From Chrysochromulina tobinii (lineage: Eukaryota): DNA of 39,371 nt. A program made the position numbers and the translations under genes. The notes under the pieces are model-generated. The model searched no databases. It was not told where the DNA came from and saw only the letters and a program-made list of their open reading frames with translations. The stretch spans positions 1-39,371 of the forward strand of contig JWZX01002876.1 in assembly GCA_001275005.1 (NCBI GenBank), written 5' to 3'. Of the stretch, positions 1 to 11,109 are shown in pieces. Position 1 is the first letter of the stretch; each line of letters begins with the position of its first letter.

Positions 1-31
<31 letters not shown>

Positions 32-60
32 TGCCGCCGCCGCCGCCGCTGCCGCCACCA
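1..60 (+). repeat. (CCG)n microsatellite encoding poly-Pro
   Basis: Seen directly: ccgccgccg... with two ctg interruptions. Confidence 0.9.
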
Positions 61-3000
61 CCCTCGCCATCGCAGCCGCACGTGATCGCCACCGTGAGCG
101 GCGACATGTGGCGAGTGGTGACGTGGCTCGTCTTTCCCCTACGCGAGCCCGTGCGTCAGGCACTCACGGCCATGGAGAAGGGCGAGGAGAAGGTGGGCAG
201 CAGCGGCTACACCGGCCACCAGGCCGAGCACTTCTTCGTGACGCTTCTCAAGAGAGCAGTCACGCTATTTATGATCCTGCTACTACTGCTCGTGCTACTT
301 TGGGGCGTGTGGGAGGCGTACATGAAGCCGCCTCGCCGCAACGGCTACACGCAGCCGCTCGTGGGCCCGCAGTGGAAGCCGGCGGTGGTGGAAGCCCTTG
401 GGCGCTGGGCGCTGGCTGCCGCCTACGGCATCGCGGTGACGGTGCCGCCATACATCGGATGGGCCGCATCAGATCGCCAAATCTCGCTCGACATGCTCGT
501 GTTGCTCAGCCTGATGGGGGTGACGGCCGTGGCCGCGCTGTGCGGCATCGCGCAGAAGGTGTTGGCGGTGTGGCGATCTGTTGCGGTGACGGCGGTGGTG
601 GAAGCCCTTGGGCGCTGGGCGCTGGCTGCCGCCTACGGCATCGCGGTGACGGTGCCGCCGTACATCGGATGGGCCGCATCAGATCGCCAGATCTCGCTCG
701 ACATGCTCGTGTTGCTCAGCCTGATGGGGGTGACGGCCGTGGCCGCGCTGTGCGGCATCGCGCAGAAGGTGAAGCGGCTTGATTGGGGTAACGAGGCCTC
801 TGTGGCACGCCGCCGGCGCATGCCGGTGCTCCCGTTCTGGGACCGACCGCGCCTCACGCCGCGTCCGCGTCTCCTTGATGCAGATCCGGAGGCGCTGCTG
901 GAGTGGAAGGAGCGGGATGCTTACTTGCGGGAGGTGGCAAGCCTCACGACAGGCGTGCCGCCGTGGGTGCAGCGCTGCTGCTGCTGGTGGGCGGATTCGT
1001 CCCTCGGGCGCGCGCTGCGCGAGAATGCGGACGACGTGCAGCGGCAACGCGAGAATATTTCTAAGGAGCGCGCCGTGCGTGCCTTTATGTACCGAGAGCT
1101 GCGCAAGACATGGAACGTGCTCTCCGAAGGCTGCCGGGAGCGTGTATCGGCGATCAAAGTGGCGAAATTGCTGGGCGAGGAGCAGGCGCGTGCGGAGGCG
1201 GCGGAGCGTGAGCGTCTGGCAGAGATGGCTAAGCCAGACGAGGAGCGAGTCTTCCTCGCCGCCAGGCGCGCTGCGGTTGAGCAGATTCGACTGGACGAGC
1301 TTGAGGCGGCCGCCGCCGCCGTTGCTTTTCAGGAGCGCAAGGCGGCCGTCATTGGCGCAGCCGCGAGTACGCCAGGCGGCTGGAAGATGATGAAGACGCT
1401 CGGCAGTCTTGCGGCGGCGGGCAAGGATGCGGCCAGGCGCTGTGCACAGGTTGAGGCGGCGGCGCGGGAAGCGGCCGAGGCAGCAGCGCGTGCAGAGGAG
1501 GAGAGCGCAGCCGTCAGGCGCGCGCGCCGGCTTGCAGAGGAGGCGGAGGCGAGTGCACTCGCAGCCAAGGCCATTGCACGCGAAGCAGCTGCGCGCTTGG
1601 CCATGGCCTTGAAATTTGATGCCAAGCTCCTCAGCCGAACCACACTGGCGGCGGCTGCCGCCCAGGCTGAGCAGGCGGCATCGGCGCAGGCTGCTGTCGA
1701 GCGAGCTGAGGCGTCGAGGGCCCAAGCGGAAGCGGCGGAGCGGCGCGAGGCAGATGCCAAGGAGGCGGCACTCCGGGCGGCGGCCGCGGTGGCGGCGGCG
1801 GAGCGCGAGGCGGCGGCGGCGCAGGGGGCAGCGCAGCAGCAGGAGGAGGAAGCGGGAGCGGTCGCAGAGGTCGAGGCCGAGCACCGGCTTGTCGACCGCC
1901 AAGGAGATTCTGTTGGGTTTCTCGAGCTAGAGCGACAGCGCGTGGCAGCAGGGGCGTCACTCGAGGCCGTGGTGGCAGCTTCTCACCTCACCTCTAGCCC
2001 CGTGAAGCTCGAGACGGTAGCTGAGGGCGACGAGGACGAGGAGGCGGGCGCGGAGGACGGGTCGTCGGAGCACCTGTTGCTCGGCGTATCACTCGCGGCC
2101 CTGCGCCAATCGGTAGCGGGCCTGCCCCCTGATTGCCTCACCCAATTCCAACAGGCAGGTGGATACGTGGCGCGCGACCTGACTGGTAGCACTGGCAGCT
2201 ACGGCTACGGCAAGCAGGCACTCGAGGTCAACGGGTACGTCAACGAGCTCTTCCTAAGGCGTGCGTCGCGCTCAGCGGGTGGCGCCTCGTTCTGCGAGCG
2301 GCTGCGTGAGGCGGGCTCTGCCGAGGTGGGGCGGGCGACGGTGTTCGTGAGCAGCGCGCGCCAGCTGCCCATGAGCGAGCTGATCGCGGCACTTGAGCAT
2401 TACGTTGAGACCCACCCCGAGCTCCCATCCGATGCTCGCTTTTGGATCTTTGACTACTCGACGCGCTTCGGCCGCTCAGGTGTCGCGCTTACTGGCAAGC
2501 ATCTGGGCTTCATTATCGGAGAGATTGCGAACACTGTCCTCGTGCTCGAGCCCTGGGTCGATGCGTACGCGCTGCGCCGCGGCCTTTTGCGTCGCGGATG
2601 TGGCCTACACCGCGCGGCTCGGTACGCTCGTGAGCGGCGATGCGCTGCCGCCGGCATTCCTGGCAGCCGGTAAGACGCACGTCATCACACCGCACCGTTT
2701 CGAGCTCGCCATGAGCAAGGGGCAGCAGCAGGCCTTTGACAAGTCCCTGCACTCTGACTATGCCAAAGTGGAGGCGCTACTGGCGCTGGTGAGTAAGATG
2801 GATCTCTTCTCGACAGCTGTCCGCCGACGCACCGATCGCGACCTCATCCTGCATGGACTCACCCTTGGTGTCGTGCCGCCCGCCGACATGCCCGTGAGCG
2901 TCGCCAAGGTGGTGAACGGCACCATAGTTGGTGTCGTCGGCGCGGATGACTCGCTCGGCGTGGCCTGCGCCAGCGCCAACGAACTCAACCGCGAAGCACT

Positions 3001-5686
3001 TGGGCTGCCGCCCGCACCTGCGCTGCCCGTGCCGAGCGGTGCCATCGTGTACACTGTGCCCTCGACTAAGCCGCAAGTGGCGGGCCCTCCGTTCATTCCG
3101 AGTACTGGAACGTACGCGACGGCCTCGCCCGCGGAGCGACAGGTGGCATACGAGAGCAGCGCGGCCGCGCGTGCGCTCATTCGTAAGTCGTTGCTGCAGC
3201 ACGCGCGCCGACTCCTTGCAGCTGTCCCGAAAGAGCGTCGCTTACAGACGCAGATTGTGCGTCACATCGACTTGCTGAGCAAGCAACTCGATGTGGATCG
3301 GCTGCGCGATGAGCTGGGCAATGAGCACTCGCAGACTCTCGACGCGATCACATTCCTCGCAAACAGTCTGCGCTCGGGCGGCGATGACTCGTCGCACCCG
3401 ACCGCGCACTACCAGCCGCCGCAGGTGCTCGAGCTGTATTCTGAGGTGATGAAGACGCGACGGCGGTTGCTGGGCGACCTTGCGCCCGAGACCCTCTCCG
3501 CCATCAACAACGTGGCGGTGGCGCTCTATGAGCGCGGCGACGTGGTCGAGGCGGGACAGTACTTCAAGGAGGTGCTGCGTGCTCGCAGGGACGCGCTGGG
3601 GGAGGACCATCCAAGCACCCTTGCAGTTGTCTCATCGTATGGCACCACGCTGCGACAGAAGGGTGAGACCGCCCAGGCGATCACCATGCTGCAGCGGGCA
3701 CTCGAGGGGCGGCGCGCGACGCTCGGCGACAAAGATGAGGCTACGATCCGTTCCATTTTAAGCCTGGCCAATGCGCTCTACGCTGACGACCAGAACGCCG
3801 AGGCCTTGCCTCTATACCGCGAGGCCTTGAGCACTGCGACACTCGCCCTGGGCGAGTCGCATCCGCTCACTCTCAACGCCGTCAACAATCTGGGTTGCGT
3901 GCTGTATGTGCTGGGCGAGTTGGCGGAGGCGGAGGCATGCGTACGCGAAGGCCTCGAGGGGAGCCGTGCTGTCTTTGGCAACGTGCATCTCGAGACTCTG
4001 ATCTCCGCCGTCAACATGATGTGGTTCCTGCTTGGCAAGGGGTCTCCGGACGCGGGTGCGGCCGAGCGTCGCAAGCGCAGTGCCGAGCTTCGCGAGATTC
4101 GTCACCTGCTCGGTGAGGCAAAGTATGTGCTCGAGCAGGTGGGTGAGGCGCTCAGATGGACTCATCCCAAGGTGGTCATCGTGCGTGAGAAGCTCGAGGA
4201 GCTCGAGCCCGCCCTTGCCCTCGCCGAGCAGACGGGCGCGCCCGAGGGAGACGACGACGACGACGGCGACGTCCCTGCGGATGCGCCGGCGTTTGAACCT
4301 CCTTCTGAGGAGCCGCCTGCTGAGGAGCCGGCGCCACCGCCGGAGCCGCCGCTTCCGCCTCCGCCGTCTCCGCTGGTCCCCGACGGGCATGGCAGTTGGG
4401 CGTCGGTCGAGTCAGTGAACTATCGTGAGCTAGGCAAGGCGCTCCTGCCCGGAGATGTGATCGAGCTGCTGCCGAGCGCGACGACGCTGGACGAGCTGCC
4501 TGAGGACGACGCGGAGGCGGCGGCGGCGGTGAAGATGCACCTTGGGATGATCGTACCTCCGCTCGGCCAGGTTGGGGATGCTGGTCGTAAGTTCCTGCTC
4601 GTGAAGACGTTGGCACCGAGCGCCGACGAGGAAGGGTTGTACGAGATGGCGCCCGGCGCGAAGCCGGTGGTCTGCCAGATGAGCCAAGTGTGGCGTGTCA
4701 AGTCTGAGGGGCATCTGCTTTCGAATCGTCTCCAATACATACGTGACGATGGGGCCCTTGTGCTGCCGCCGCGGCGGGAGAAGATGGTGTCGGTGTTGGA
4801 GCAGATGTCTGACAAGGTCATCTCTGGCATCGCGTCGTCGTCAGCAGCAGGAGGTGGCGACGGCGTTTTAGAGGAGGAGGATGGCAAGTACGTTGACGAC
4901 GAGGAGGAAGATGAGGAGGCTGAGGAGGCTGAGGAGCCCATGAGCCCAGAGGCGGCGGCCACGACGATCGCAGCATTTGAACGTGGCCACATAGCACGCA
5001 AGAAGGCTCCCGGCCTCGTGGTGAAACAGAAGAGGAGGAGGAAGAGGAATAGGAAGAAAAAGAGGAAGACGACGACAACGAAGGGCTTCAAGGATAAGGC
5101 GGATGCGGCGACGATGATCGCCAAAGTCGCTCTTGGCCGCGCCGTCCGCATGAGCAAGATGCGCGCTGCCGTGGGCGGCTACCGCTGGCCGGACCCGTCG
5201 CGAACGGACCATCAGTTTGCCTTGCCATTGGCGGCAGCCACGGCGGCAGGCAACGGCGGCGGCGGCGGCGCTGCGGCGGCCAAGGCCGTTGGTGGCGAGT
5301 CGGGCGGCGGAGGCAAGGGGAGCGTCGGCAAGGGGTCGGCACCGGCGCGCCTGGGCCCCCTTGTTGCCTTGGGCGCCTTTGGCGGTGAGAAGCGGCAGCC
5401 ACCTAGGGCGCTGCCCTCGTTACCAGAGACTTCTCCGGAGCACAAGCTGAAGCTGCCAGCACGGGAGGAGACACTCGAGGTGTCTTCCTCGCAGCGCCCC
5501 TCCTCCAAAGATTTCTCCGACGAGTCGATGGCCTCGCGGCTTGCGCGCATGCGGCAGGACCGCGCTGATCAGCGCTCGCACCGGCCCACCGCACGCGGTC
5601 CTGAAGTCGACGCGATCGCAATCGCATCCTCACCCTCATCTCCACCCTCTCCCAAGTTCAACGTGCCCAAAATTCACATAAAATGA
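1..5686 (+). CDS. Large membrane-associated protein, 5'-partial: Pro-rich region, TM helices, Ala-rich coiled coil, HET/TIR-like 'kinesin light chain-associated' domain, ~6 TPR repeats, IQ-like motifs; split by a +1 frameshift at ~2581
   Basis: Frame 1 is open from base 1 (poly-CCG Pro) to 2673. The motifs ATVFVSSA..., FWIFD..., IGEIANTVLVLEPW continue as RRAFCVADVAY...FELAMS in the frame of ORF 2393..5686 if one G at 2581 is removed. TPR units include LGEDHPSTL, LGESHPLTLNAVNNLG and LGDLAPETLSAINNVA. IQ-like segments are AAATTIAAFERGHIARK and AATMIAKVALGRAVR. Confidence 0.7.
381..771 (+). repeat. 181-bp direct duplication (381-561 and 591-771, period 210 bp) inside the CDS
   Basis: The copies are identical except for two synonymous third-position differences (450/660, 480/690). 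The peptide AVVEALGRW...GIAQKV is duplicated. Confidence 0.95.
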
Positions 5687-6079
5687 TATTGAAGCTAGAC
5701 GATAATACATAGTTTCTTTTATTGCGAGTGTTTCGTGCCCACAGTCGACCGGAGCACGGCGACGCGCTAGACCCCGGCGCCGAGCGTTCCCCACGCCCGT
5801 TCCCATGAGCATGACTGTGGACGTGTCCCCAGACGCTCTATCTTCGGCCGACCGACGGCCACACACCGGCCCAAGACAATGCACGCGTGTGCGCGTGCAC
5901 TTGCTCCCCCACCCCTCAACAAGCTACTTGCACCGTAGTTGTGTTGAACGCGGGCGGACCGCGACGAAACTGATTCACGACCTTCATGGGTTGCGTCAAA
6001 CTGATGAGGAAACGCCGAGAGGACAAAGGATTCCTAATCGCTATCGACGCAGTCCCCCTCGGTGTCCCCGCACGACTCC

Positions 6080-7528
6080 ATGCTCGCGCTCACCAGCCTG
6101 CTGGCGACCTCCGCCATTCCCGAGCACGAAATCAAGTCGCTCCCGGGGTGGTCGGGCCCACTCCCGAGCCGCCAGTACTCGGGCTACCTGCCGGTCGGCA
6201 AGACCTCGGGCGTGCCGGGGTTCATTCATTACTGGCTCATCCTCTCAGAGCGCGACCCGGCGAGCGACCCGCTCGTGTACTGGACGAACGGTGGCCCTGG
6301 TGGCAGCGGCATCAACGCGGGCCTGCTCACTGAGATGGGCCAGTGGCACCTCAACGAGGACAGTCTCACCAACAACACCCAGGACATGCCGAAGCTCCTG
6401 TACAACGAGTACAACTGGGCCCAGGTCGCGAGCACGCTGTACGTGTCGCAGCCCAAGGGCGTGGGCTTCTCGTACTGCGACGAGAGCGTACCCAAGTCCC
6501 AGTGCGTCAACACCGACCTATCGTCCGCGCAGGACGCCGTGGACTTTTTCCACGCCTTCTTTGCCGCGTACCCCGAGTTCAAGCCGCTTGACTTTTATCT
6601 GACGGCTGAATCATACGGCGGCATCTACCTGCCCACGTTCATGAAGCTGATGGACGCGGATGGCGGCTTCCCCAACCTCAAGGGTGCCGCCATCGGCGAC
6701 GGCTGCTGGGGCAACCAGGTGGGCCTGTGCGCCTTCACCTCGGGCAAGGCGGCCCAGATTCAGATCGAGACGTACCACGGCCACTCGATGATCTCCAACG
6801 AGCTGTACACGAAGCTGAACGCGGCGTGCGGCCCGTGGGGCAATGACAGCGTGCAGAATGCCAAGTGCCAGACCCTTCTACAGGAGGCCGACGAGGCGGC
6901 GGGCTCGTTCGACGTGTACAACATCTACGACACGTGCGCCGGTGACACGATCGGTGCGTGGAACAAGAAGGGCTCTGAGTGGAATGCGCTGCGTGACCAG
7001 CAGTCGATCGTCGTCGAGGGAGACGTCCCGCGCCCGTCCGGGCTCGCCCTCGGCACCGCCCTCAATGACTACCCATGCGGCGGCGACCGTGTGACGCGCG
7101 AGTGGCTGGGCAAGCCCGAGGTGGCCGCTGCGCTCCATGTGAAGACCAACACGGGTGGGATGCGCTACAACAAGGGGCCGATGGACTTTTCGGGCAACTT
7201 GCTGCCCCTGTACGACACGCTCCTGCGCAAGTACCGCATGCTCATCTATTCGGGCGATACCGACGCGTGCGTGCCAACCTGGGGCACAGTCGACTGGATC
7301 GACTCGCTCAACCTGCCGGTCAAGAAGGAGTGGCGCCAGTGGACCGCGCCCCTCACCAGCTCCCCCGACGCGAAGAGGCAGCGGGCGGGCTATGTCAAGG
7401 ACTATGCGGTCAACAACTTCACGTTTGCGACCGTCCAGGGAGCGGGCCACATGGTCCCCACGTACAAGCCCAACTTTGCCCTCCAGATGCTCTCGCGCTG
7501 GCTCGAGGGCAAGCCGCTCGACTCGTAA
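6080..7528 (+). CDS. Serine carboxypeptidase, peptidase family S10 (secreted or vacuolar)
   Basis: Motifs SLPGW, QYSGYL, WTNGGPGGS, QPKGVGFSY; catalytic triad contexts AESYGG (Ser), SGDTDACVP (Asp), GAGHMVP (His). There is a short hydrophobic N-terminus from the ATG at 6080. Confidence 0.95.
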   Translation: MLALTSLLATSAIPEHEIKSLPGWSGPLPSRQYSGYLPVGKTSGVPGFIHYWLILSERDPASDPLVYWTNGGPGGSGINAGLLTEMGQWHLNEDSLTNNTQDMPKLLYNEYNWAQVASTLYVSQPKGVGFSYCDESVPKSQCVNTDLSSAQDAVDFFHAFFAAYPEFKPLDFYLTAESYGGIYLPTFMKLMDADGGFPNLKGAAIGDGCWGNQVGLCAFTSGKAAQIQIETYHGHSMISNELYTKLNAACGPWGNDSVQNAKCQTLLQEADEAAGSFDVYNIYDTCAGDTIGAWNKKGSEWNALRDQQSIVVEGDVPRPSGLALGTALNDYPCGGDRVTREWLGKPEVAAALHVKTNTGGMRYNKGPMDFSGNLLPLYDTLLRKYRMLIYSGDTDACVPTWGTVDWIDSLNLPVKKEWRQWTAPLTSSPDAKRQRAGYVKDYAVNNFTFATVQGAGHMVPTYKPNFALQMLSRWLEGKPLDS

Positions 7529-7883
7529 TCTCGTCGGCGCACTGTAGCCCACGACGGCATGTCCACATCCCGGTTCCTGCGAGGATCGTCGGGGGCGTGG
7601 ATCTGGACGGCGTGACACGTCTCGACATCAGGGCCTTTCTGTGCGCTCTCGCTTGTGTTGGTCCTAGGAAATGCATACATGTGCCGTATTGGGTTTGCTG
7701 CTGATTCTGAACCCGGGTCTCCCACCCGTTTCTTGGTACCTGTTGTCCTGCGTCTTGAGAATGGGTCAGTTGAATCGACACCTGCGTCTTGCCGAGGTGG
7801 AAATTTAACGTGAACGTGAACGGGTCGCGGTGTTCCCCTCAATCAGGGCATCATCAATCAGGCCTCTGCGGAATTCTTCTTGA

Positions 7884-9182
7884 ATGGCGTACGTAACGTG
7901 CCTGCTCATCAGTGTAGCCGGGGCATGGCGCGGCGGTGCTCCGTTCATGTGTGCACCAAACGTCGGCGATAAAGTCTCACCGGCAGCTCATCATCTCATA
8001 CCACCGAATAACGGCGCAGCACTGATCGCGGAGCGCGCCAAGAAGCAAGCAGCGCTGTTGGATGCCCTGAGAAAGGTGGAGGCCAAACGCGAGGCCGCAG
8101 CAGCAGCTTCGTCGGGCATCGATCTGAGCGCGGCCGACTTGAGCGTCTTGGCAGATTGGCGCATTGAGATCACCGGTCGGCTCGGTAAGGGCCACTTTGG
8201 CATCGTTCTCCTCGGCGAGCGCCAGGACGATGGGCGGCTCGTGGCCGTGAAGCTTGCGCGCGAGCTCGAACGCGAAGCGCGTGTGCTTCGCGTGATGAGC
8301 GGGATTGCCGGATTCCCTGAGCTCCACCACTACCACAAGGTGCGCCGCCACCACCGCGATGACGTCACCGGTGCGAACGCCGGTGCGAATGAGATGCTCG
8401 TGGTCGATCGGTTTGGGCCGTCGCTGCAGGACCGGTGGGAGGCGGAGGCGAGGTCCGGTGAGGCGTTTGGGCCGACGCGGCTGCCGACTAAGATGGTGCT
8501 GCGCGTGGGCCGTGCCACCCTGCGCTGCCTGCGCGAGTTGCATCATGCGGGCGTAGTACATAATGATGTCTAGCCCGCCAACATCATGCTCAACGTGCCC
8601 GGCGATCCGCATTCCGTGCACCTGATCGATTTTGGGATCTCGACGCGTGCCGAGTGGAGCGAGGGGGACGTGTGCATGGTCGATGGCGACGCGCTCGAGG
8701 CCGAGGCCGTGGGCGCCAGTGCGGGCGCCATCGCCACCGACGCTGCGAACGCGGAGCTTCTTGAGAACTATTGCTCTCTGCCCGTAGAGACGATAGGGTA
8801 TTCGGGATATCTGCGACTGCAGACCCGCGCGGGGACGCCTGCGTTCGCGAGTGTGCGCCAGCAGCGTGGCGAGGAGCCCCACGCGCGAGAGGTGGACGAT
8901 ATTGAGGCCCTCGCCTACACCCTCGCCTACGTCGCCGCTGGCAGCTTGCCCTGGCAGGATGCGCCACCTGAGACAGCTGTCGTGTGGAAGCAGCGGCTGA
9001 TGACCGAAGGGTGGGACGCGACGTTTGCTGTCTCGAGCGTGGCGGACACTCTTTCCTGTGCGGGCGACGCACCCTCGGCGAAGGTGGCCGAGGCCCTTCG
9101 AGCGCTGTGGGCTCAGGTGCTCGCATGCCAAGGGCCGGGGACGAGCGTCGACTACGAGGCTTGCCTAGCGGCACTCGAGTGA
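7884..9182 (+). pseudogene. Casein kinase 1-family Ser/Thr kinase interrupted by an in-frame TAG (8571-8573)
   Basis: Motifs GKGHFG, VAVK, FGPSL, HNDV*PANIML, LIDFG, GTPAFAS and DDIEALAY...GSLPW. ORFs 7884..8573 and 8586..9182 are in the same frame, and the TAG sits where the catalytic-loop Lys of HxDxKPxN belongs. Confidence 0.85.
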
Positions 9183-9200
9183 TCGGTCGCGTCGGTGGCG

Positions 9201-9300
9201 TGGCGGATCCAACGCACGCTTCTGTCTGGTCTGTCTGGTCTGTCTGGTGCACCACATTGGATCCGCACCGTCTGGTGCACCACGTTGGATCCAACGCACC
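9201..9300. repeat. Short composite repeat cluster: (tctgtctgg)x3, ggatccaacgcac x2, gtctggtgcaccac x2
   Basis: Seen directly, just downstream of the kinase stop codon. Confidence 0.7.
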
Positions 9301-9614
9301 CTTCCGAGTCTTCGACTGCCGCGCCTCGCCTCCGAAATGCGATGAGCTTGAATGTTGAAACGCGTTGAAACGCGGGAAACCCCTGTGGGAAGCGATGTAC
9401 ATGGATCTCAGAGGTCAGTTGTTTCTGAGGTTCGTATCATGGTTCGTATACAGTAGCTACACACACGCGACGAAGACGTCGGCCCCGACGCGCGCTTCTC
9501 CGGGGCGGGGCGGTCCGCGAGGTCCCGGCCTCCCGCCGGACGGCGACGGCGACACAACTTGGTCTTGGACTCGCGCGCAGCGCGGCACTGCGCCTCAAAA
9601 GTATAGAGACGAGA

Positions 9615-10889
9615 TCAAGTTTCGGCGCCGGGAGGCTGAGGCTCCGCATGCCCCTGCAGCAAGGGGAGGCCACGCGACCATTCTCGTGGGATGGCCCCGC
9701 GCGCATCGATGTGCGCCACAAACGTGGCCCGGCCGCGCGAATCGAGCAAGTCGCAAAAGTGGTCCTCGACGGTTCCCTCGAGCAGCGCCGTGTCGAGCCG
9801 CTCGCTCCAGTCTTCATCGGCCGCGCTCGCAGCGAGCGACCCCCCGCGCCCCCCCGTCCCCCCGCGCTCCACCATCTCTTCGAGCAGGTAGCACCCGGTC
9901 CAGTCGAAGGCCTGTAAGCAGAGAGCCGGATCGTCGTGCAGGCGGCTGAGCAACGCTCGCTGCTCAGTCCCAAACCGGTCCTCGATAAAATCTCCAACCC
10001 GGAGCGTGAGTCGCCTCAGGGTCCCACGGAGGTCATCATAGAGGTCACCATAGAGGGGACCCGGCGCGCCCAGCCGCTTTGCAAGCACAAGCGGCATCGA
10101 GGCCTGCCGCTGCTCGAGTGGCGCGAACAAGGCGGCGAGCGCGCGCTCCGCATGCACGATGTGATTCGAATCGAACCAAAAATTGGACGGCCGAAGACAC
10201 AGGCCCGGGCGAAGCTCGCGTGAGCGCTGGGCGAGCAGCGGCCCGAGCTTGTACTTGGGCGCGAGGCGCGTGGCGAGCCTTTTCGAGGTCGATGACGGGA
10301 AGCCCACGTAGCGCACGAGCGTCGGCTCGTCGAACGTGGCGAGGATGCGCGCGAGGTCGTGCGTAGCCAGGCCACGGATGAAGCAGCGGTCGTGCTGCAT
10401 GATCAGCGCGAACCTGCGGTCGCAGCGCTCCAGAGCGTGGCGCACGCACATGGCAAAGCCATGGTGTGAGCCGAGCTCCTCCACCGACACGCGTTCGCTC
10501 AGCCCGCGCTCGGCAATGTCGATGTGCAGCTGGGCCTTGTACTTCTCGTACGCGTCGCCCAAATCACCTCTGACGATGCCCTTTTTGGAAAGAGCAGCAG
10601 GATCGCGCTCCAATTGAGGCAGGATGCGAGCAGCGTGCGACGCTTCCAAATCGGTCGGCGTGCGATAGCCATCGCAGACGATTTGGATGGGGCAGCGGTC
10701 CAAACCATCGAGCATGCATGTGGTCCCGAGGGTTCGCCACGTCATATCCGTGGAAGGATGCACTCGAGCAGGGCTGCTGATCAGCACAATCGCGATCGAT
10801 TCGCCGATGGCGATGGTGCTCACCACGGTTGTCGTGCGATGCCGACCAGCTCGATGCCAGCGGGCACACACGCTGTGTCTCCATCCCAT
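9615..10889 (-). CDS. Uncharacterised GT-A-fold (glycosyltransferase-like) protein
   Basis: 424-aa ORF with IVLISSPARVHPST, IVCDG, HHGFAMCVRHAL and LIMQHDRCF. This pattern resembles GT2-like nucleotide-sugar-binding folds. The start codon is uncertain. Confidence 0.55.
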   Translation of the reverse strand: MGWRHSVCARWHRAGRHRTTTVVSTIAIGESIAIVLISSPARVHPSTDMTWRTLGTTCMLDGLDRCPIQIVCDGYRTPTDLEASHAARILPQLERDPAALSKKGIVRGDLGDAYEKYKAQLHIDIAERGLSERVSVEELGSHHGFAMCVRHALERCDRRFALIMQHDRCFIRGLATHDLARILATFDEPTLVRYVGFPSSTSKRLATRLAPKYKLGPLLAQRSRELRPGLCLRPSNFWFDSNHIVHAERALAALFAPLEQRQASMPLVLAKRLGAPGPLYGDLYDDLRGTLRRLTLRVGDFIEDRFGTEQRALLSRLHDDPALCLQAFDWTGCYLLEEMVERGGTGGRGGSLAASAADEDWSERLDTALLEGTVEDHFCDLLDSRGRATFVAHIDARGAIPREWSRGLPLLQGHAEPQPPGAET

Positions 10890-11022
10890 CCAAACACACG
10901 AGCGACCACAAGACCCTGCCCGAACAAGAGTTCACGAGCCTCTCGGCACCAAGGGGCTTGTCGGCAAACGGGGAGCCGAAACTCGTGCCTGTGGAGACGC
11001 TCGTGAACGTTAACACGACAGT

Positions 11023-11109
11023 TACCGGTAAAAAGACTCCGGGGGGAGCCGGGACAGTTACCGGTACGGCGTGTGTGTCCCGGCTCCCCCCGGTGTCTTT
11101 TTACCGGTA
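11023..11109. repeat. 34-bp inverted repeat (1 mismatch) with a 19-nt loop; MITE-like hairpin
   Basis: Arms are taccggtaaaaagactccggggggagccgggaca (11023-11056) and tgtcccggctccccccggtgtctttttaccggta (11076-11109). Confidence 0.9.

Noticed and set aside
679..1902. Long antisense and alternate-frame ORFs (e.g. 679..1902-, 7977..9131-, 21606..22631-, 25271..26503+, 31982..32794-)
   Set aside because: These are shadow ORFs expected from high GC and codon bias. They overlap well-supported genes and lack recognisable motifs.
8571..8573. Pyrrolysine or genome-wide UAG reassignment
   Set aside because: TAG terminates other genes in the window at natural C-termini (eL40, MAP67-like), and no pyl machinery is visible.
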